A stretch of DNA of 64,000 nucleotides, from contig NC_134033.1 of assembly GCF_964204645.1 (NCBI RefSeq), positions 4,178,231 to 4,242,230 of the forward strand, given 5' to 3'. The notes under the pieces are model-generated. The model saw only the letters and a list, made by a program, of their open reading frames with translations. It did not search any database and was not told the origin of the DNA. The position numbers and the translations under genes were made by a program. Origin of the DNA: Tubulanus polymorphus. Taxonomy: Eukaryota; Animalia; Nemertea. Positions 33,898 to 48,590 of this stretch are shown one piece after another; position 1 is the first letter of the stretch; every line of letters begins with the position of its first letter.

Positions 33898-34872
33898 CTA
33901 TTTCGCCGCGCAACAAGCTGAAGCGCAAACACCGCCACACATAACAAGAAATTGTCTCCGAATTTCGCGTCCGAAATAAATATACAGATAAAAATTCATG
34001 GAGTAATTCAGTGACTCTATTAGCGCGCTTAACTGATAGGGGAAATCTAGAGTCGGATTTACACCGGGTATTAGATAAATCAGGACCAGTATGACGCATA
34101 GTGGGATTGAAGTCACGATGAAGAACACTCAGACCGAAGCCACCATTATCGTGGCTTGATTCGCGCTCGAGTTCGATTTACTGTTCTCGACCTTTTTCTT
34201 CATCTGATTCATACTATAGAAAACACAAGCCGCGATGAAAATAAGGCTTAAAGTCGGGTTGAAACCTTGTATCGTGACGATGAATAGATAGGTGACCGTC
34301 ATTAGAGTGGGATCGCTGAGGTAACAACCGACGTGTATATCGTCGTAACTGTTAACGGTCAATAGAAACAGACTTATACCGGCGCAGATGACGAACGTTA
34401 GAAACGCCGTTAATGAAGTCTTAGTCGGTGTCCAAAAACTGGGACCCGAAAACGGAAATCGGATGATACAAATTCGCTCGACCCCGATCATAATCAGGAG
34501 ACTGGGTCCGTAGCAAGAGGTGGTGTTGTTGTAGAACTGTTGACCCGCGCAGAGGAACCAGGAGTTCACGGGTATACAAATCGAGCCGTTGATATGGAAA
34601 CACAACGTGTTCACTAACGCCCACATGTGAGTCGTCAGAAATATAAAATCGGAGATAGCGAGCGCGATGAAAAAACGACTGTACGATAGACGGCGTAATT
34701 TACGCGTGGACATTACGAAAATGATCAACAAGTTGCCGACCGAACCCAGAGAGAGAACTGTAAACTGATAGGCGTAATAGAACCATCTGTAGATCGGATA
34801 TTTGGAGACGATGGCCGGGTGCAGGATCGTCTTCGTGTAACCGATAGGATGCGGGTAAACGGTAGCATTCAT
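33898..34872 (-). pseudogene. Intronless rhodopsin-class peptide-receptor-like GPCR with one in-frame TGA in TM6
   Basis: GSVGNLL, LAISD, VERI, NFYLY. ORFs 34129-34872 and 33898-34128 are in frame (ASV*VFFIVTSIP). Confidence 0.85.
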
Positions 34873-36047
34873 CCGATGACCGATCTTTATCTAGAGATGA
34901 CGGCTTGGTCAGACGGCTATTGTCGATGTTTCGTGTCCCATTCTTGTCAATATTCGATCTAAAGTTCGGAGTTCGGAATTCCAATTTTCTCGGCAATTTC
35001 GTATCGGCGATGCTATTTTTTCGAACTAAATCGGGCAATTTGCGAATGATTTTTGTGTCGTCGACTCGCGGCTAATCCGCCGCAATGTTACTTCGACTCA
35101 TTCTTGATTTGAATTCATTGACTTTTTAGGAAAAAGAAAACAATTCAAACGTTCGTGCAGTAATCTTCTCCACGGACTGTGTGTTAATATGTTGAGGTAG
35201 TTATCGATTTGTATTTATCAAATGATTAATTATACGAAATTCGGTTAATATGATTTTTATTTTATTTTCTATCAAATGGTTAATACGAAATTCGGTTAGT
35301 GTACGGTGATTTTTTCATTTTCCCGAAAGGACATCCATCCTTCCCCGGCAAAGATTCGAACCTGATGGCATCGATATTTTGTGGCCGATAGGGGTCTAAG
35401 ACAGGGCGAAAATCTCTCACCCATTCTATTTTCTTTATTCTTAAACGATATCGAGGATTTTTTTATCACTCGTGGAAAACTAACTCTGTCATTTATTGAA
35501 AGTCTGGATTCGAAACGTAATCAGGAGCTTGATACTTTATTGAATTTGTTTATCATTCTCTATGCGGATGAAACAGTTATTCTTGCTGAAGATGAGAAAG
35601 CACTACAATCACAGTTAGATACTTTATTTGATCATTGCGCTGTTAACGGCCTCACTGTGAATGCCGAAAAAACCAAAATGTTAGTCTTTGCCAGAAGTAA
35701 AATCAGGATAAAACAGATTTCGAAATTCATGTTTGGCGATCAAGAGCTAGAGGTAGTTGAGGATTATGTATATCTTGGAGTGAAATTTAATTGGATTGGT
35801 AGCTTTGCTAAAACAAGAAAATACCTTTATGATAAAGCAATGAGAGCTATGTTTTCGATCATTCAAAAAGGTAGGTGTTTGAAACTTCCAGTAGATGTTA
35901 TGTTATGTTCAAGCTATTTGATATGTGTGTCGCTCCTATCACTATGTATGGATGCGAGATTTGGGGTTATGAAAATCTTGATTTATTAGAGAATCTCCAC
36001 TCATTGTACTGCAAAATTTTAGTGAAAGTGACAAAATATTCTCGTAA

Positions 36048-36641
36048 GGCCACACCAAAAGAAAACCCTGTTTCTCGGGCCCGACCGACCCGATATTTCG
36101 TCATTTCAAATAATTAATAAGATAACATTGCCTACCGACCCTATTTCAAAATTGTGGATGAAATAACTATTTTCAAAAATGTAGCCGATCGACTACAAAG
36201 CTCTCCATTCTCGTAAATATTTTTTCTTTTTCGTGAAATCGTGATGCCGGCACCGAGACGACATGATAAAAATATCTTATTACATCGTATTTACCAATTT
36301 TATTCTGGATATGGTACTTGTGTACTCAGACAACGTTGCTAATCAGATATTGATGGCGACCTTGGATTGTAAAATTCCAGGAATTCCAAGATTTTGATGT
36401 TTTTCGTTTTATAAACAGTTTCCAAGTGTGAAAAATAATACAAAAACATCAACTTACCTTTATTGTAGTCGTCTAGCTGCTAATCATATTTTCAACCGTA
36501 AAAATTATTTACGGCGAACTACCCACTGTCAGAAGAATACCCGAAATTTTTTTTTCTATAAAAAGAAAAAAAAATTCCCTACCGACCCACCCATTTTGGT
36601 GATTGCCACGCCCGAGAAATAGGATTTTTTTTGGTGTGGCC
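36048..36641. mobile_element. PIF/Harbinger-type MITE nested in the LINE
   Basis: TIR GGCCACACCAAAA / TTTTGGTGTGGCC with TAA duplicated on both sides. Confidence 0.85.
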
Positions 36642-36687
36642 TAATTTGCAAGTATTATCAGAACTAGGACGTTTTCCGGCTCAAGTA

Positions 36688-37853
36688 GGGTATTGCATAG
36701 TATAGTTCCTTCGCATATGCTTACTGCGTTGTTCGGTTTATGTGTATCCCAAAGAAAGTTGTCATGTCGACATATTCACATCGCCAGCCATTAACATTTA
36801 ATGTGTCAACGTGTCGACATATCTAACAACCAACAAATTAACTATAAACGATCTATTAACCTCATACACCAAACACATCACGTGACCAAACACATGATAA
36901 ACCCCATGACACCGCCAGCCATTAACACTCCGGCCAACATTGCATGTGTCAACGTGTCGACGTGTCTACCCACACACAAATATAAATTAATTATGAACGA
37001 TCCATTAACACCATACACCAAACACAACACGTGACCAAACACATGATAAACCCGTGACAATCATACACTTCATCCAATCGTGCATGCCATACCATACTAT
37101 AGCCATGGCCACTTCTAGGGAACAAGCTCCTGGGATTGTTCAGTTCGTCACAGAAGCACTTGAAACTGAAGAAAAAACGGCAATTGCCTATGCGGGAAAA
37201 TGGATTTTTAGCAAGTTCCAAATATTGTCAGGTGAATATGTTAAAATACAAATTGCATTTCTATTTTTCTTTAGTCAATTCCAGTTCTCTGATATTAGTT
37301 TCAACACGGTTAAGCCTTCAAAATCACAGGAGATTCATTATTTTTTTCAGCACTGTCAACGTGAGATGCGCCTCCAAAGAAAACAAATGTGGGGACGGTG
37401 AAATAAGGCATTGTTCACATTGCTACAGAACGACGTCGATACGTGACGGCTCTTTTTTTCAAAATCAAAAATGAAACTTACGCAGCTGATGCTTATAGTT
37501 TACTGTTTCGGTTTAGATTTACTTCTCTTGTTTGTTTGTGTTTTGTGGTCACCCGTCAACCAGTCAACCCACGATCCTTGTACATACATTGGCGACAACA
37601 TTGCGACGTGTCGTCCGTCGACCGTCAACCAGCGGGTGAGATATGCACTCTGTCATCTCTCCATTGGGCCACCCAACAAACAACTAACAGTAGTCAACTG
37701 TCACTAGTCGTCGGTCAACCTGTACATGAACTGTTCCTTTGCCGCGCATTAACACCCAATTATCAATGTATTCATGCGCCAATGTATTAATGCGCTGATA
37801 CATTAACCGCACAACTTATAAACTCTACGCCAAGGCACTATACTATGCTATAT
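36688..37853. mobile_element. TIR-bounded non-autonomous DNA element with an internal tandem duplication
   Basis: GGGTATTGCATAGTATAGTTCCTT versus AAGGCACTATACTATGCTATATCC. Duplicated block within ~36783-37055. Confidence 0.6.
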
Positions 37854-39289
37854 CCGACCTGGGCCCGTTATCCTTTATGTATAGAAGTCAAACGTAGAAT
37901 GATTATTTTTGGATAAAGACAGTATCGGGAAAGGAAACTAAACTAAACTCAATCCTTTACAAAATATCTTATAATCTGTATCTAAACGATATATAAGAGC
38001 CCTTGGTTATTAGAATGAATCCTTTGATGATTGCAGTTTATCTCATATTTGGACACAACAATTTATGGCGAACAGTAGGACCTTCTCAAGGCGAATAAAA
38101 CAGATTCTTTGTGACGTACATCTTCAAAATACCGTTTCCACAATAGATGCTAGCCCGACATACATTAATTATAGACAATATAAAATGATATTTAATTAGA
38201 AAGATATATTTGTGAACTTGATGAAGATTTAGTGATAAGTTTATTCGAATTTAGAATTGGGTCTTATCTCTTGCCTGTATATAAATTATCAAATCTTCCG
38301 TTGGATAGAAATGATAGATTATGTTCGGCTTGTAATGTTTTAGGTGATGAATTGCATTTTATTTTTAACTGCAACCTACTGAAGTTTTGAAATCCGTGAA
38401 AATATTTTGAATCTGAACTCTTTTGGCAATCTTCATATTCTAAAAAATCCTACAATCCACCTTGCAAAATTCATTAATAAAGGCTTAGATGTATATACAT
38501 CCCTCCAATAATTAGTATGTTGTAAATCGTGTATGTATATATATATTGTTAATTACTTTGTTATATTTTATGTTAATTGTAAATACTGTATACTTTGTAT
38601 AAGTCTCCCTCCATGTACCAAAGAAATGGTTGGAGTGTAAATAAAATCCTAATCCTAAATCCTAATCCTAATCCTTACCGAGCTGCGAATTTATTTTTCA
38701 CAAGTGACCCGCTCATGCGCAGTAATAAACACCAAGACTATTTAATGATCCCAAACTTGATCGTCAGTAGAAAACGGCAGCGTTTTTAAAAAGAAGATTA
38801 TTTAAAAATTGTAGTCATTCGAAACGTCGTGTTCTTATATTCTACATTGTATCAATGAATACATTTTCGATTTTAGAATTCTTTTAATTTGTAAATAGTG
38901 GGTTTTTATCTTATCATCTGTTCACAACGTTTGAGTGTGGTTATCGTAATATTCTAGTTATTATATCTATAGATAGTCCAGAGCGTAAGGATCACAAGGC
39001 TCAATAGTTAGGTAAGGGTTAGAGTGGGCTTAAGTTAAGGGTTAATGTTTTAAAGGGTGAAATAATAGGTACAAATGTAATAAATGTAAATATAGTTAAA
39101 AGTTGCTAAGCCGGCGCTCGAGCTTGTGTGTTAGAATCCCATTTTGAAATGTCAACTTCGAATTTTCTAAGAGAACTAAACATACTGAAATACTGATAAA
39201 GATAATTATCTAAGAACTATTTTATTATGTTAATGTGATGATATCTTAACTGCTGGGAAAAGTGAACTATCTGCAATGAACTACTTTCC

Positions 39290-39850
39290 AGTTGCAGCCG
39301 CCATTTTGTTTGGATACTTTTACCCTGTATTGTTGGGTCATTTTCTTCTCTTTTTTAAAATCCATTTGCGATGCGTGTTTTATCGTGTTTTATTGTTCCA
39401 TTTAAGGAATTTGACCGTTTCAACAACATTTAAACCGTACGAATCTCTAGTTTTCCAGTGATGCAAAACTCGAATCTCAAATTTGCAACAATTCGACATG
39501 AAAGCGATATAAAAATCGGTGGTCAGTTTTATACGCGCGCATTAAAAACCAGGGTGCTCAACTTTGAATTACGTTATTTTCAGAAATCATTTTCAAAAAA
39601 TTTCATTTCAGGAACTGTGCGCATAAACGCCCCATTTCAAATGAGAATGACACCCATATAATGGAATATACGCATAGGAAAAAGAGCTCCGAAACTAAGA
39701 ATGACAAGAGATGAGCATGAGAGATGTTTTTTGCATCACTGAAAACTAGAGATTCATACGGTTTAAATGTTGTTAAAACTGTCAAATTCCACCAATGGAC
39801 CTAAGAAACGTGATACAGGACAAAAGTACCCTAACAAAATTGCGGCTATA
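39290..39850. mobile_element. Degenerate fold-back/MITE
   Basis: ~39406-39468 is an inverted copy of ~39730-39790, with weaker outer symmetry. Confidence 0.6.
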
Positions 39851-40171
39851 GTTATTTTAAGTTATTGGAACCTTGTTATAACGAGTTTGGATATTAAGAT
39901 TTATCAGTCATTACGAACCGAGAATTTCATCCCAAATCGCATGATTCAAATGATTTTAAACTGGATAAGCCGGGTGGCGATGGTCTGCAATCTCGGGGTA
40001 CGTGTCAAAAAAGCCTCGTTTGGTAGGCGCTGTCTTTACTGTGGTTCATCGTAATATTTCTAAATATCGTATTATGTGTAATGTCTGATCGTGATTTTTG
40101 TAAAGTGAAGCGGTTATCACTAAAACTGCGCTGTAGAGGAAATAAGTTATGATATTTCATCAATACTATCA

Positions 40172-43100
40172 TCATTTTATTGGTTGTCGTTTTCTGCGTT
40201 TATTTCGAGCTCGTATGGATTTCATATCGATAGTTAGTATGGTATAAAGAAGCGGATTCAGAGACGAGTTGATCGGTAAAAATAGAACGGCTAGCCAAGC
40301 GGCCACCTGGTTCGGTATCTCGACCGAAAATACGGCGCAAAACTGAACGATTATTATCGGTAACCAGCAAAATAAATTACACAAATTGATGACTAAACTG
40401 CGTCGAGCTAGAACGAGTTCTATAGGATCGGCTCTACCCGAACCGGACCTGCTTCCGGATACATACTTGTACATCTGCGCGTACGACATCATTATCAGAG
40501 TGAGAATGATCGCGTTTAATACAGCGAATATAGCGAACGAATATTGCCAACCATTGACATCTATAGATATTAGATTCATAGGTAAACAGATACCCGTACT
40601 ACCGTAAAAATTATCACCGAAATAAGACGACCGAGACAGCGGCAGAAAGGTGATTAAACTCAGAAATACCCAGCAAAAACAAGACAGAATCATAATAATA
40701 TTTGAGGATAAAACCGGGTTACCTGAAAATGGGTCGATGATATTCGAATATCTGAAACGCGTGAGGAGCAGGAGAAATGTTAAAGATCCTTCGCAAGATA
40801 TCGTCACCACAATTCCGGCAACACCGCATAATGAACTACGAGTCCAGGTTTCAGAATTCAGAAAATAAACACCTTTATAAACGTGATCAGTTGCAGCGAT
40901 CAAAAACAGATAAACAGACATCAGGAAATCACAAAGCGCGATATTAATGATGAGGATATCCGACGATTTATTTTGTGTTTCTGACGAAACTCGAATCGAC
41001 CGAAAACGCAATAAAATAACGGTAATATTGGAAACGAAAGTAAGACAAGCGATGATCCAGATAACAGCTGTGAGGACAGTGTTCTCAATGAGGTCTGAAC
41101 ACGATGAGAATTGATCAGGATCCGGGAGACATCGGTCAATATTCGGCGCCATACAACAGAATTTATACGCGTCCGAAGCGAGAAAATATAAAGACGTCAG
41201 ATTATCAAAGATATTATTTTCCGTAGAAATTAACCGAGAATTGTTGGTGAAATCTAGAACTCCCAGTGAACTCAACCCAGTAAACGCGTATCTGGATATT
41301 GATTCGATTACGTTACTGCTGATATTCAAATATTTCAGCGCTGGTAAACCTTGGAATACGTTACGAGTAAGAAAAAAAATAGAGAGTTCACGGAGATCCA
41401 TAACCGGAAGTGACGTCAAACCATTGAAGCTTCCATCGTTCAAATATCTAAGCGGATTTCCAGCGAGTAAAAGTTGTTTCAAACTGTTTAAACCAGTGAA
41501 TGTATCAGCACGTAGTGATACTAGCCGATTATGCGACAGATCTAATGCATTGAGATTGCGTAGATTAGAAAACGCGTTGGAGACAATGTCAGATAAATCA
41601 TTACGGGAAATATTGAGTAAGAACAGGTACAGAAAAGTGTAAAATGTCGATTCATTGAATCTAACTCGATTATTCGATAAAATCAAAACTCGAGTCGACG
41701 CGGCAAAAATTCGGGAAATATCCGATAATATAGTATTTTCACAATCGATGAAACGACCTTGACATTTACAATAGTTAGAACACGTGACGTCGCAGTAAGC
41801 CTCGTCATCCGAGTTATGTTTACAATTAACGACGCCATCGCAAACTTCCGACTGAGGAATACATCGATGTTCGTCACCGCATTTAAACATTCCCGGACAC
41901 GAAAACGTTTCGCAATTGAATTCATCTTCTGAATCGGGACAATCTGATCGACCATCGCACACGTGTCTAATCGGTATACAGTAAGACGATGGACATTTCA
42001 CTGTACCAGCTGCACATTCAAACTCATTACAATTCAGTAAATGTTCGAGTCTTCTACAAACAGGAAAACCTGTCGACATTCTTTCTAAAATGCATCTATC
42101 TCTTCTCGCGTAACAATGAGGAGAATCGAATGAACAAATTTGTTTACCCGATTCTGCACACAGTGAAGTGAAATTGGTCGTGCAGTAGTTCTCTGTAGTG
42201 CAGTGAATTTGTGGTTTGATTGTTATATCGGTCGTTACTATTTCATCTTCTTCGAGGTCCCCGCCACAATCTACAACACCATCCCGATACAACAGAGAAC
42301 TGATACATTCGCCATTTACGCACAAAAACCCATTACATTCGTCCGAAGAGCAGCCGATCTCATCGGATTTATCTCGACAATCAACCAGTCCATCACATCG
42401 TTTATATTTACCCACACATTGTCCGTCGTTACACTTAAACTGATCAGAGGAACATGAAATATGATAGCACGAGTTCTCATCCGAGCCATCGACGCAATCT
42501 CTCATAAAGTCACAGAAACCGCTAATCGATATAACCTGTCCATCGTTACAGCGGAACTGACTGTGTAAATTGATATCCGTACAATTTAGTTCATCTTCAC
42601 CGTGTTGACAGTCTTGTCTGGTATCACATACGCGATGGTCGCTGATACATTTTTGATCGTTACATTCAAACTGCCACGATTTACAACCGCTTACAGAAGC
42701 TAACTCTTCAACAGTTACATCGTAGGAACATAGCGCGGTATGCGCTTCATCTGTGACATTATCGAAGGCAGTCACTGACCATTTCACTGTTTGAAAATAT
42801 GTTATCCAATCTCTAATTACAACTGGTTTTATTGCCACAATTCTGCCGCTTGTATGATTAGTCAGTATAGCGCCATATTGATGCTGATAGTGGAAAACAT
42901 TCATCAAATACTGTATTTCAATATTAGGTGTTATTATACCTATGTCTCCGCCGATTGTAAGACACATTTCTCTGGCTGTTTGGATTGTTAAACTTTCAGT
43001 ATGGAGCGTTTGCCAGGCTGTAAGTATCTGATAGCAATGCGCTTCTATATGAATCCATCCTCTTAGACACGTGGAGTTAAATCGTTCAATGTTTTCCCAC

Positions 43101-46100
43101 TTTATTCCAGTTGTATCGTTTTGTGAAGATGCATTAAAATCGTTTCTTTCTGATTCACAAATGAATGTCGTGTGCGTCTCCTCGATTTGACACGGGAATC
43201 GAACCCAGTTCGCCGATCCTCGTGGATTATTCACTATCATCGCCGTACACGGCATATTGACGTCATTTATCGGTTGTTTTCTTAGCGGAGATATCAATCC
43301 TCGAATAACTTCTGGTATCGTTTCATTAACAGCAGCAGGATTAAACCAGTCAGTGTAACTTAACGGTTTCCCATCAGACCACGAGTAATAACCTTTGGAC
43401 TCCTTTAATTTAAAAAAAAAACTTGTTATTACAGAAAACTATTTTTGGGTTATTTTCTGTGTTCTAGTCATTTTTGGAACAACTTCTTATCTTTAAACAT
43501 GACAAGAACATATATCATAATCATCAAAGCTCAATTAGATGATTGATATTTGATATGTATTTTACCTGCCATCTCAATCCAATCATCACGATAAGCGCCA
43601 CCTGTGAATATGCCTCATAAAGAAGTTTTGTAGCGAAAAGCTTTTTTACGGCCATCATTTCACGTTGAGAGTTGATACTGAGAAGATGTCCTCCATATTT
43701 CTGTTGACAGTAAATTTCAGCGTTCTCCCAATTCAGACGTTCATGTTTGATGTATCTAATACACGAAACACCCGAATCTAGAAAATCTGATCGGCAGCCA
43801 TTGATTCGATGTTTCAGTAAAGGCGATTGTTCTAAAGTGTATTGAATTCGAAATATTGGCATGAACTTTGACAGCTCAAAATACAAGTCATACCCGATTA
43901 GACTGTACAATACAAGTCCTGATACTGCTTTATCTTCACATATTTTTATTATATGACGGGTTTCTGTAAAAATGGAAAAAAAATTGCTTGGGTCATCAAA
44001 TATTTTGATGATTTGTCTTAGTAATATCGATCCCCTTGTGCGGGTACCAACAGATTCGGAGCATGATGTTTGTCCGATAAATTTAAACAGGAATCTGATG
44101 TAATGATTTATATTTTTGTCAGTAGGAAAAGAAAAACTGAAGAATATAGCTGAGGAGGTTGATGGTCCAGGGAAGTTCGGTGACTGCACGAGTCCACAAT
44201 CTATAGCGTTCCTTGTGTCCCCGCCAATAGACACTGGATAGGGTAGACTTTGTTTTAATTTCTGACATTTACGTCGTAATACAATCATTAGTGGTGCCCT
44301 CCAGAATTCATATTTAGTGCGCAATATTTTCACATGGTTGAATACGAGACTGGTATTAAACACGTGACTATTGAGACTTATCGCTGAACAGGGAGTCGTG
44401 GCTCCACGATAACATCTGTCAATTTGATATTCGTGTTCTGATAATACATCTATGTTTTCTATCGGTAGGCGTCGATTTCCAGGTGTAATCATGAGACAAT
44501 ATGACCTCATAGAGAACTGACGTTCTCCCTCCTGTAGAACATACCCGTCACAATCAGTAGGAACTAATCTTAGTCCACCAGTTATTAGTAGATCATGCCA
44601 GTTGTAAGCGTACGCTACTACAGTAACCGGTCCACCTGATGTAATCAGGCTGACGACAGATCGACCGTAGCGCTGACCAGGACAATACGGACCATAGGGT
44701 CTAGCTATGAAATTACCACCATCAAATATATAAAAACCAGCTCGATCACAGTTCTCTGATAAAACTGTTAATTTTAATCTAAAAGTTGATCTATCCTCAT
44801 GGATGTCGATTTTTGAGCTGAGCGCAAATCTACTGATACGATATTGTAACCTCTGTTTCGGATAACGGGGGAACAGACTCGAATGTTGCACTAAATGAGT
44901 ATTTCTAACCTACAATAGATGCAAACATAGAGTAAATCATCGGTATTCAATTATTGTTCAGCCTTATTTTCCTTTGCCAATTTAACCAAAACATATTGCG
45001 ACTCTGTCGTTAAAGGGTTAATGACTTGTGTTCGATCAGGTTTGATTTACGAAAATTTACGATTCATGTGAATTCTACACATTATTTCATCGTAAATAAA
45101 ACAAATTCAAATGAATACAATAAATTGACGGTATATATTCATGCTGTTTTAACTCACTCTTTTATCTTCCACTTTGACATCTGTTTCTTTCAATGATTCT
45201 ATTTTGTATTCGATCGATGTTGAATTCGTCAACGATTTTCCGGAAAGATTCTCTGATAACAGTAAACACAATATCACGAGAAATCCATCAGATTTTACGC
45301 CTAACGATTCCAGGTAGTTTTCGCCGAGTAAAATATCCGTTCCGACAACCGTTAAACCTTCCAGTTTATAAACACCGATGACGTCACCGGAAGTGACGAG
45401 ATCACGTGACCAGTTGAAGACGACGTACTGCAGTATTTCAGCTGTGATAGACCAGCAGTATAAGCGTTTAGACTGAGTTATTACGTGCGGCCTATCACCA
45501 GGAATGAGCACTCCGGATTTGTTTTTACAGATCGGAATCGATGGATTCGAAATATTCCAATCTGATATTCTATACAGTTTTACAAATAGATTAGTTTTGA
45601 GAGATACTTGGAACTGTTTCATTGAAAAAGTGGTGACAGCTCTGTTAGTTTTACTGTAAATAGAGATGGGTGGATGTCCGGTTTGTTCCCGTATATTCAT
45701 TATAGGTTCACTTGTGTTCCATCCGTCATAAATATGAACGGTCAGATTTAAACCTGGTTGTTTTATTCTGAAATCAACTTTCTCAAAAGTCAAATTCATA
45801 CCGAAACCCTCTGGTAACCCGGACCACTCGAGCTGCAGGAAATTACATAATATTCCATACATGTCGATTGCAAATTTATAACCAGTTTTTAAAGTTTGTA
45901 ATTGTTTTAGTTTGTTTGACGAACAGTGGTGAACAGTTTTTAGATGATTTTCCTCCAAACGATAAAATACATAAACTCGACTTCCTTTCACAACATCATT
46001 TACATCACTCTTAAACATCAACGTTAATGAATTACTGCGGTAAATATCTAATTGTTTTCCATCACCGCACAGTAAGTTATCAGAATCGCTGATGCGAAGA

Positions 46101-46387
46101 TAGTTATCTCTACAGAATATAGACGGCTCGATGTCGTAGTAAACTTGGACGCGAAAGGTTCCCGGTAAAGAGCTGTTGACGAACCAACGACATTCAACAC
46201 CGCGCGTAAACGACGGATAGTTCGGTGAAACGATGTAACCGGACGTAGAATCGAGTGAAAACCACGTATTGTTACAATGTGAACTGACAGTTACAGACGG
46301 TTGATAGGTAGAGATCCGATCAGTCGTCTGAACCGACGACAGTTTCATTAGTAGAATGAGTAATAACGTTAAGAGACTGCGCATCAT
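40172..46387 (-). CDS. GRL101: GRL101-like LGR-type GPCR (~1934 aa): signal peptide, CUB, C-type lectin, LDLa repeats, LRRs, 7TM
   Basis: Three phase-0 exons: 45158-46387, 43566-44909 and 40172-43402. CUB GYIVSPNYP; CTL WENAEIYC...WSDG...FICE; multiple LDLa CDG..DC.D.SDE; LRRs; hinge FSSCSDL; TM7 PINSSLNPLLYT. Confidence 0.9.
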
Positions 46388-47669
46388 GTTGACATTCTCC
46401 TCGATCAGTTTAAGTCTAACCACAGCGAATTGATTTTAATCCAATTAATGTTGGGCGTTTCCGAGTGAGTGAGAGAGAGCGGTAGGGAGGATGAGTCAGA
46501 CTACACGGCGCTCATTAAAAATTAAATTCGATAATCTACGAAACCGAATTAATGAGTAACGAGATTCAAATGAAATGTAAAAATGTTATTCGATATTTTG
46601 TGCCGAGTCAGTTTTATATACGTACATACAATTTCAAAACTCTAAATTCAAAACGTCCTTTTTCGAATACTACCTCTAGCTCGCTGTAAGGTGCTGCTCT
46701 CCTCATCGTTAGCGGATTTTCTAGATACTAACTTGAGTCGACTGGCCATCAATTTGTTGATTGCCAGACTCGATTCATATCTTTTTATCTTAAAATAGGG
46801 ATTGATTCTGCTATTCGTTTGATTTTTATGATTTGGTGTCCCTTATAAACACACCACACCTGCCGGTAGCGAAACAGGGGTTTTGATTTTGAAATCGGAA
46901 ATCGAAGTATAGATAAAGTCGTGTGATCGGCGGTCAAAATTACAGAATTTTTTGTTTAAATCGATGTAATTAATTTTTAGAATGAAAATCCCGCTTAAAA
47001 GAGCATAGTGGCAGCAACTTGCGATACAGCTAGCGGTAGTATTTCGCCGTATCCAGAAATTCCACTGTATCCACAGTGGCTCGGTGGATCAAGCTGTTTC
47101 ATTCAGGACATAATGCTTTTCTGTCAGGACATAATCAGCGTCCGATTACTCACAGATCTAACAAATCCTTTTGTCATAGAATACTCGCGGATGCCGGAGT
47201 ATCTGTACGGATGGATGAGCTGGACATTCAAAAAGGAACCACAAAAAAAGCTCATTGGAACAAAGCCTGATGCTATCAGCGCTGTGCGACAATTATACCT
47301 GTTCAAGAGTTTGAGTCCTGCTGAATGCAGTTCGGGCAACACTTTAGAGGCTGTTATCCAGTTATGAGGTTTGCTCGATCCAGTAGTAGGGTTGCAAAAT
47401 ATTTCCGACGTATCTTTGTTTTCGACCAATGCTGATGCCGATAAAATCCATATGGAACTCGTCGAAGAAGGTAAACTACCCAATGCTGTACTTAGAAGGA
47501 TATTTCAAAACATGGATGATATATAGATAAGACTCGCCATAGAATCATCGCACAACACAATATATTATGAGTTTATGTCGTGCTCCTGTCTTATGTCTGT
47601 AATCAACTTTTTTCCCCTTCTCATCCTGCCTCACCCGATGGGAATACTGTACATTACGAAGTTAGGAAG

Positions 47670-48590
47670 CAGGGGCGGATCCAGGGGCATATTTTAATTG
47701 CCTTCTAAAAGAAATGAGGGCACCCAAAGGGGGAGCGCGGGGTAACCCCCAGGGGCGGATCCAGGGGGATGGGTAGACAGTATTGGAAGGAAATTTAAGG
47801 GCTCCTTTCTGATCTTAGTGCACACCCAGTATCCAGGTCAATGCGAGCGCCGAAGGCGCGAAGTCCTTAGAGGGGGGTTTGGGGCCTTCACCCAGAAAAT
47901 TTTGAAGGCTTTTAGAGGGCTTCTAGAGGCTAGCAGAGCAATCCAGAATAAACGAATTCGAGACAAGATTTCAACAGATGCGGATAAAAAATGAAGCTGG
48001 CGAACCCATGAAAGAATGGTTGTCGCCAACTTCGCCTAGTGCCCCTATAATCTTTAAAAGTGCCCCTTAACAATTATACAGAATATGTCTAAGTGCCCCT
48101 TCATTGTTAACAATCGGCAAAAATTGCCTCGTCTTCACATTTATCCTTATGTCGTGTGCCATCTTCCAAACCAAAAGTGCCCCTAAAATTTTAAAAATTA
48201 GGCAAAAAAGTGCCCTTTTCTTCAACATTTTTCCGCGTATAGTGCCCTCTTCTAAAGTACGAGTGCCCCTTTAGCCCTCCCTGAAAAGGCAAGGACAAGG
48301 TGCCCTCATCTAAAGTATGAGTGCCCCTTGCAAAAGGAAAGTGCCCTTTTTAATTTATCATGATTAAAGGCTTTACAAATATGATTATCTCTCCTCACTT
48401 TTTCGGCAGCGGTATATACCGATTAATTTTATAATTATGCCCGGATTCCGGACACGGAATTAGCGGTTGCTGAAATAATGCCGTCAAAAATATTGCCGGT
48501 GAAATTTCGAAGGGCACTTAAAAATTCGAGACCTCGGGATTTTTTGACTGCCTTCCGGAAGGCATGGAAGGCACCCTGGATCCGCCCCTG
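47670..48590. mobile_element. Non-autonomous DNA transposon (CAGGGGCGGATCCAG TIR) with a nested second left end
   Basis: TIRs at 47670 and 48590 flanked by GGAAG direct repeats. Second CAGGGGCGGATCCAG at 47750 and many GTGCCC motifs. Confidence 0.75.

Larger units (their letters stand above)
35381..38677 (+). mobile_element. 5'-truncated RTEX-like LINE (RT to 3' tail) interrupted by two TIR elements
   Basis: GLRQGENLSPILF, LYADET, YVYLGV, YGCEIWG. Resumes at ~36645 (ELGRFP) and ~37860 (RYPL...CSACNVLGDELHFIFNC). Ends AATAAA(ATCCTA)n. Confidence 0.8.
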
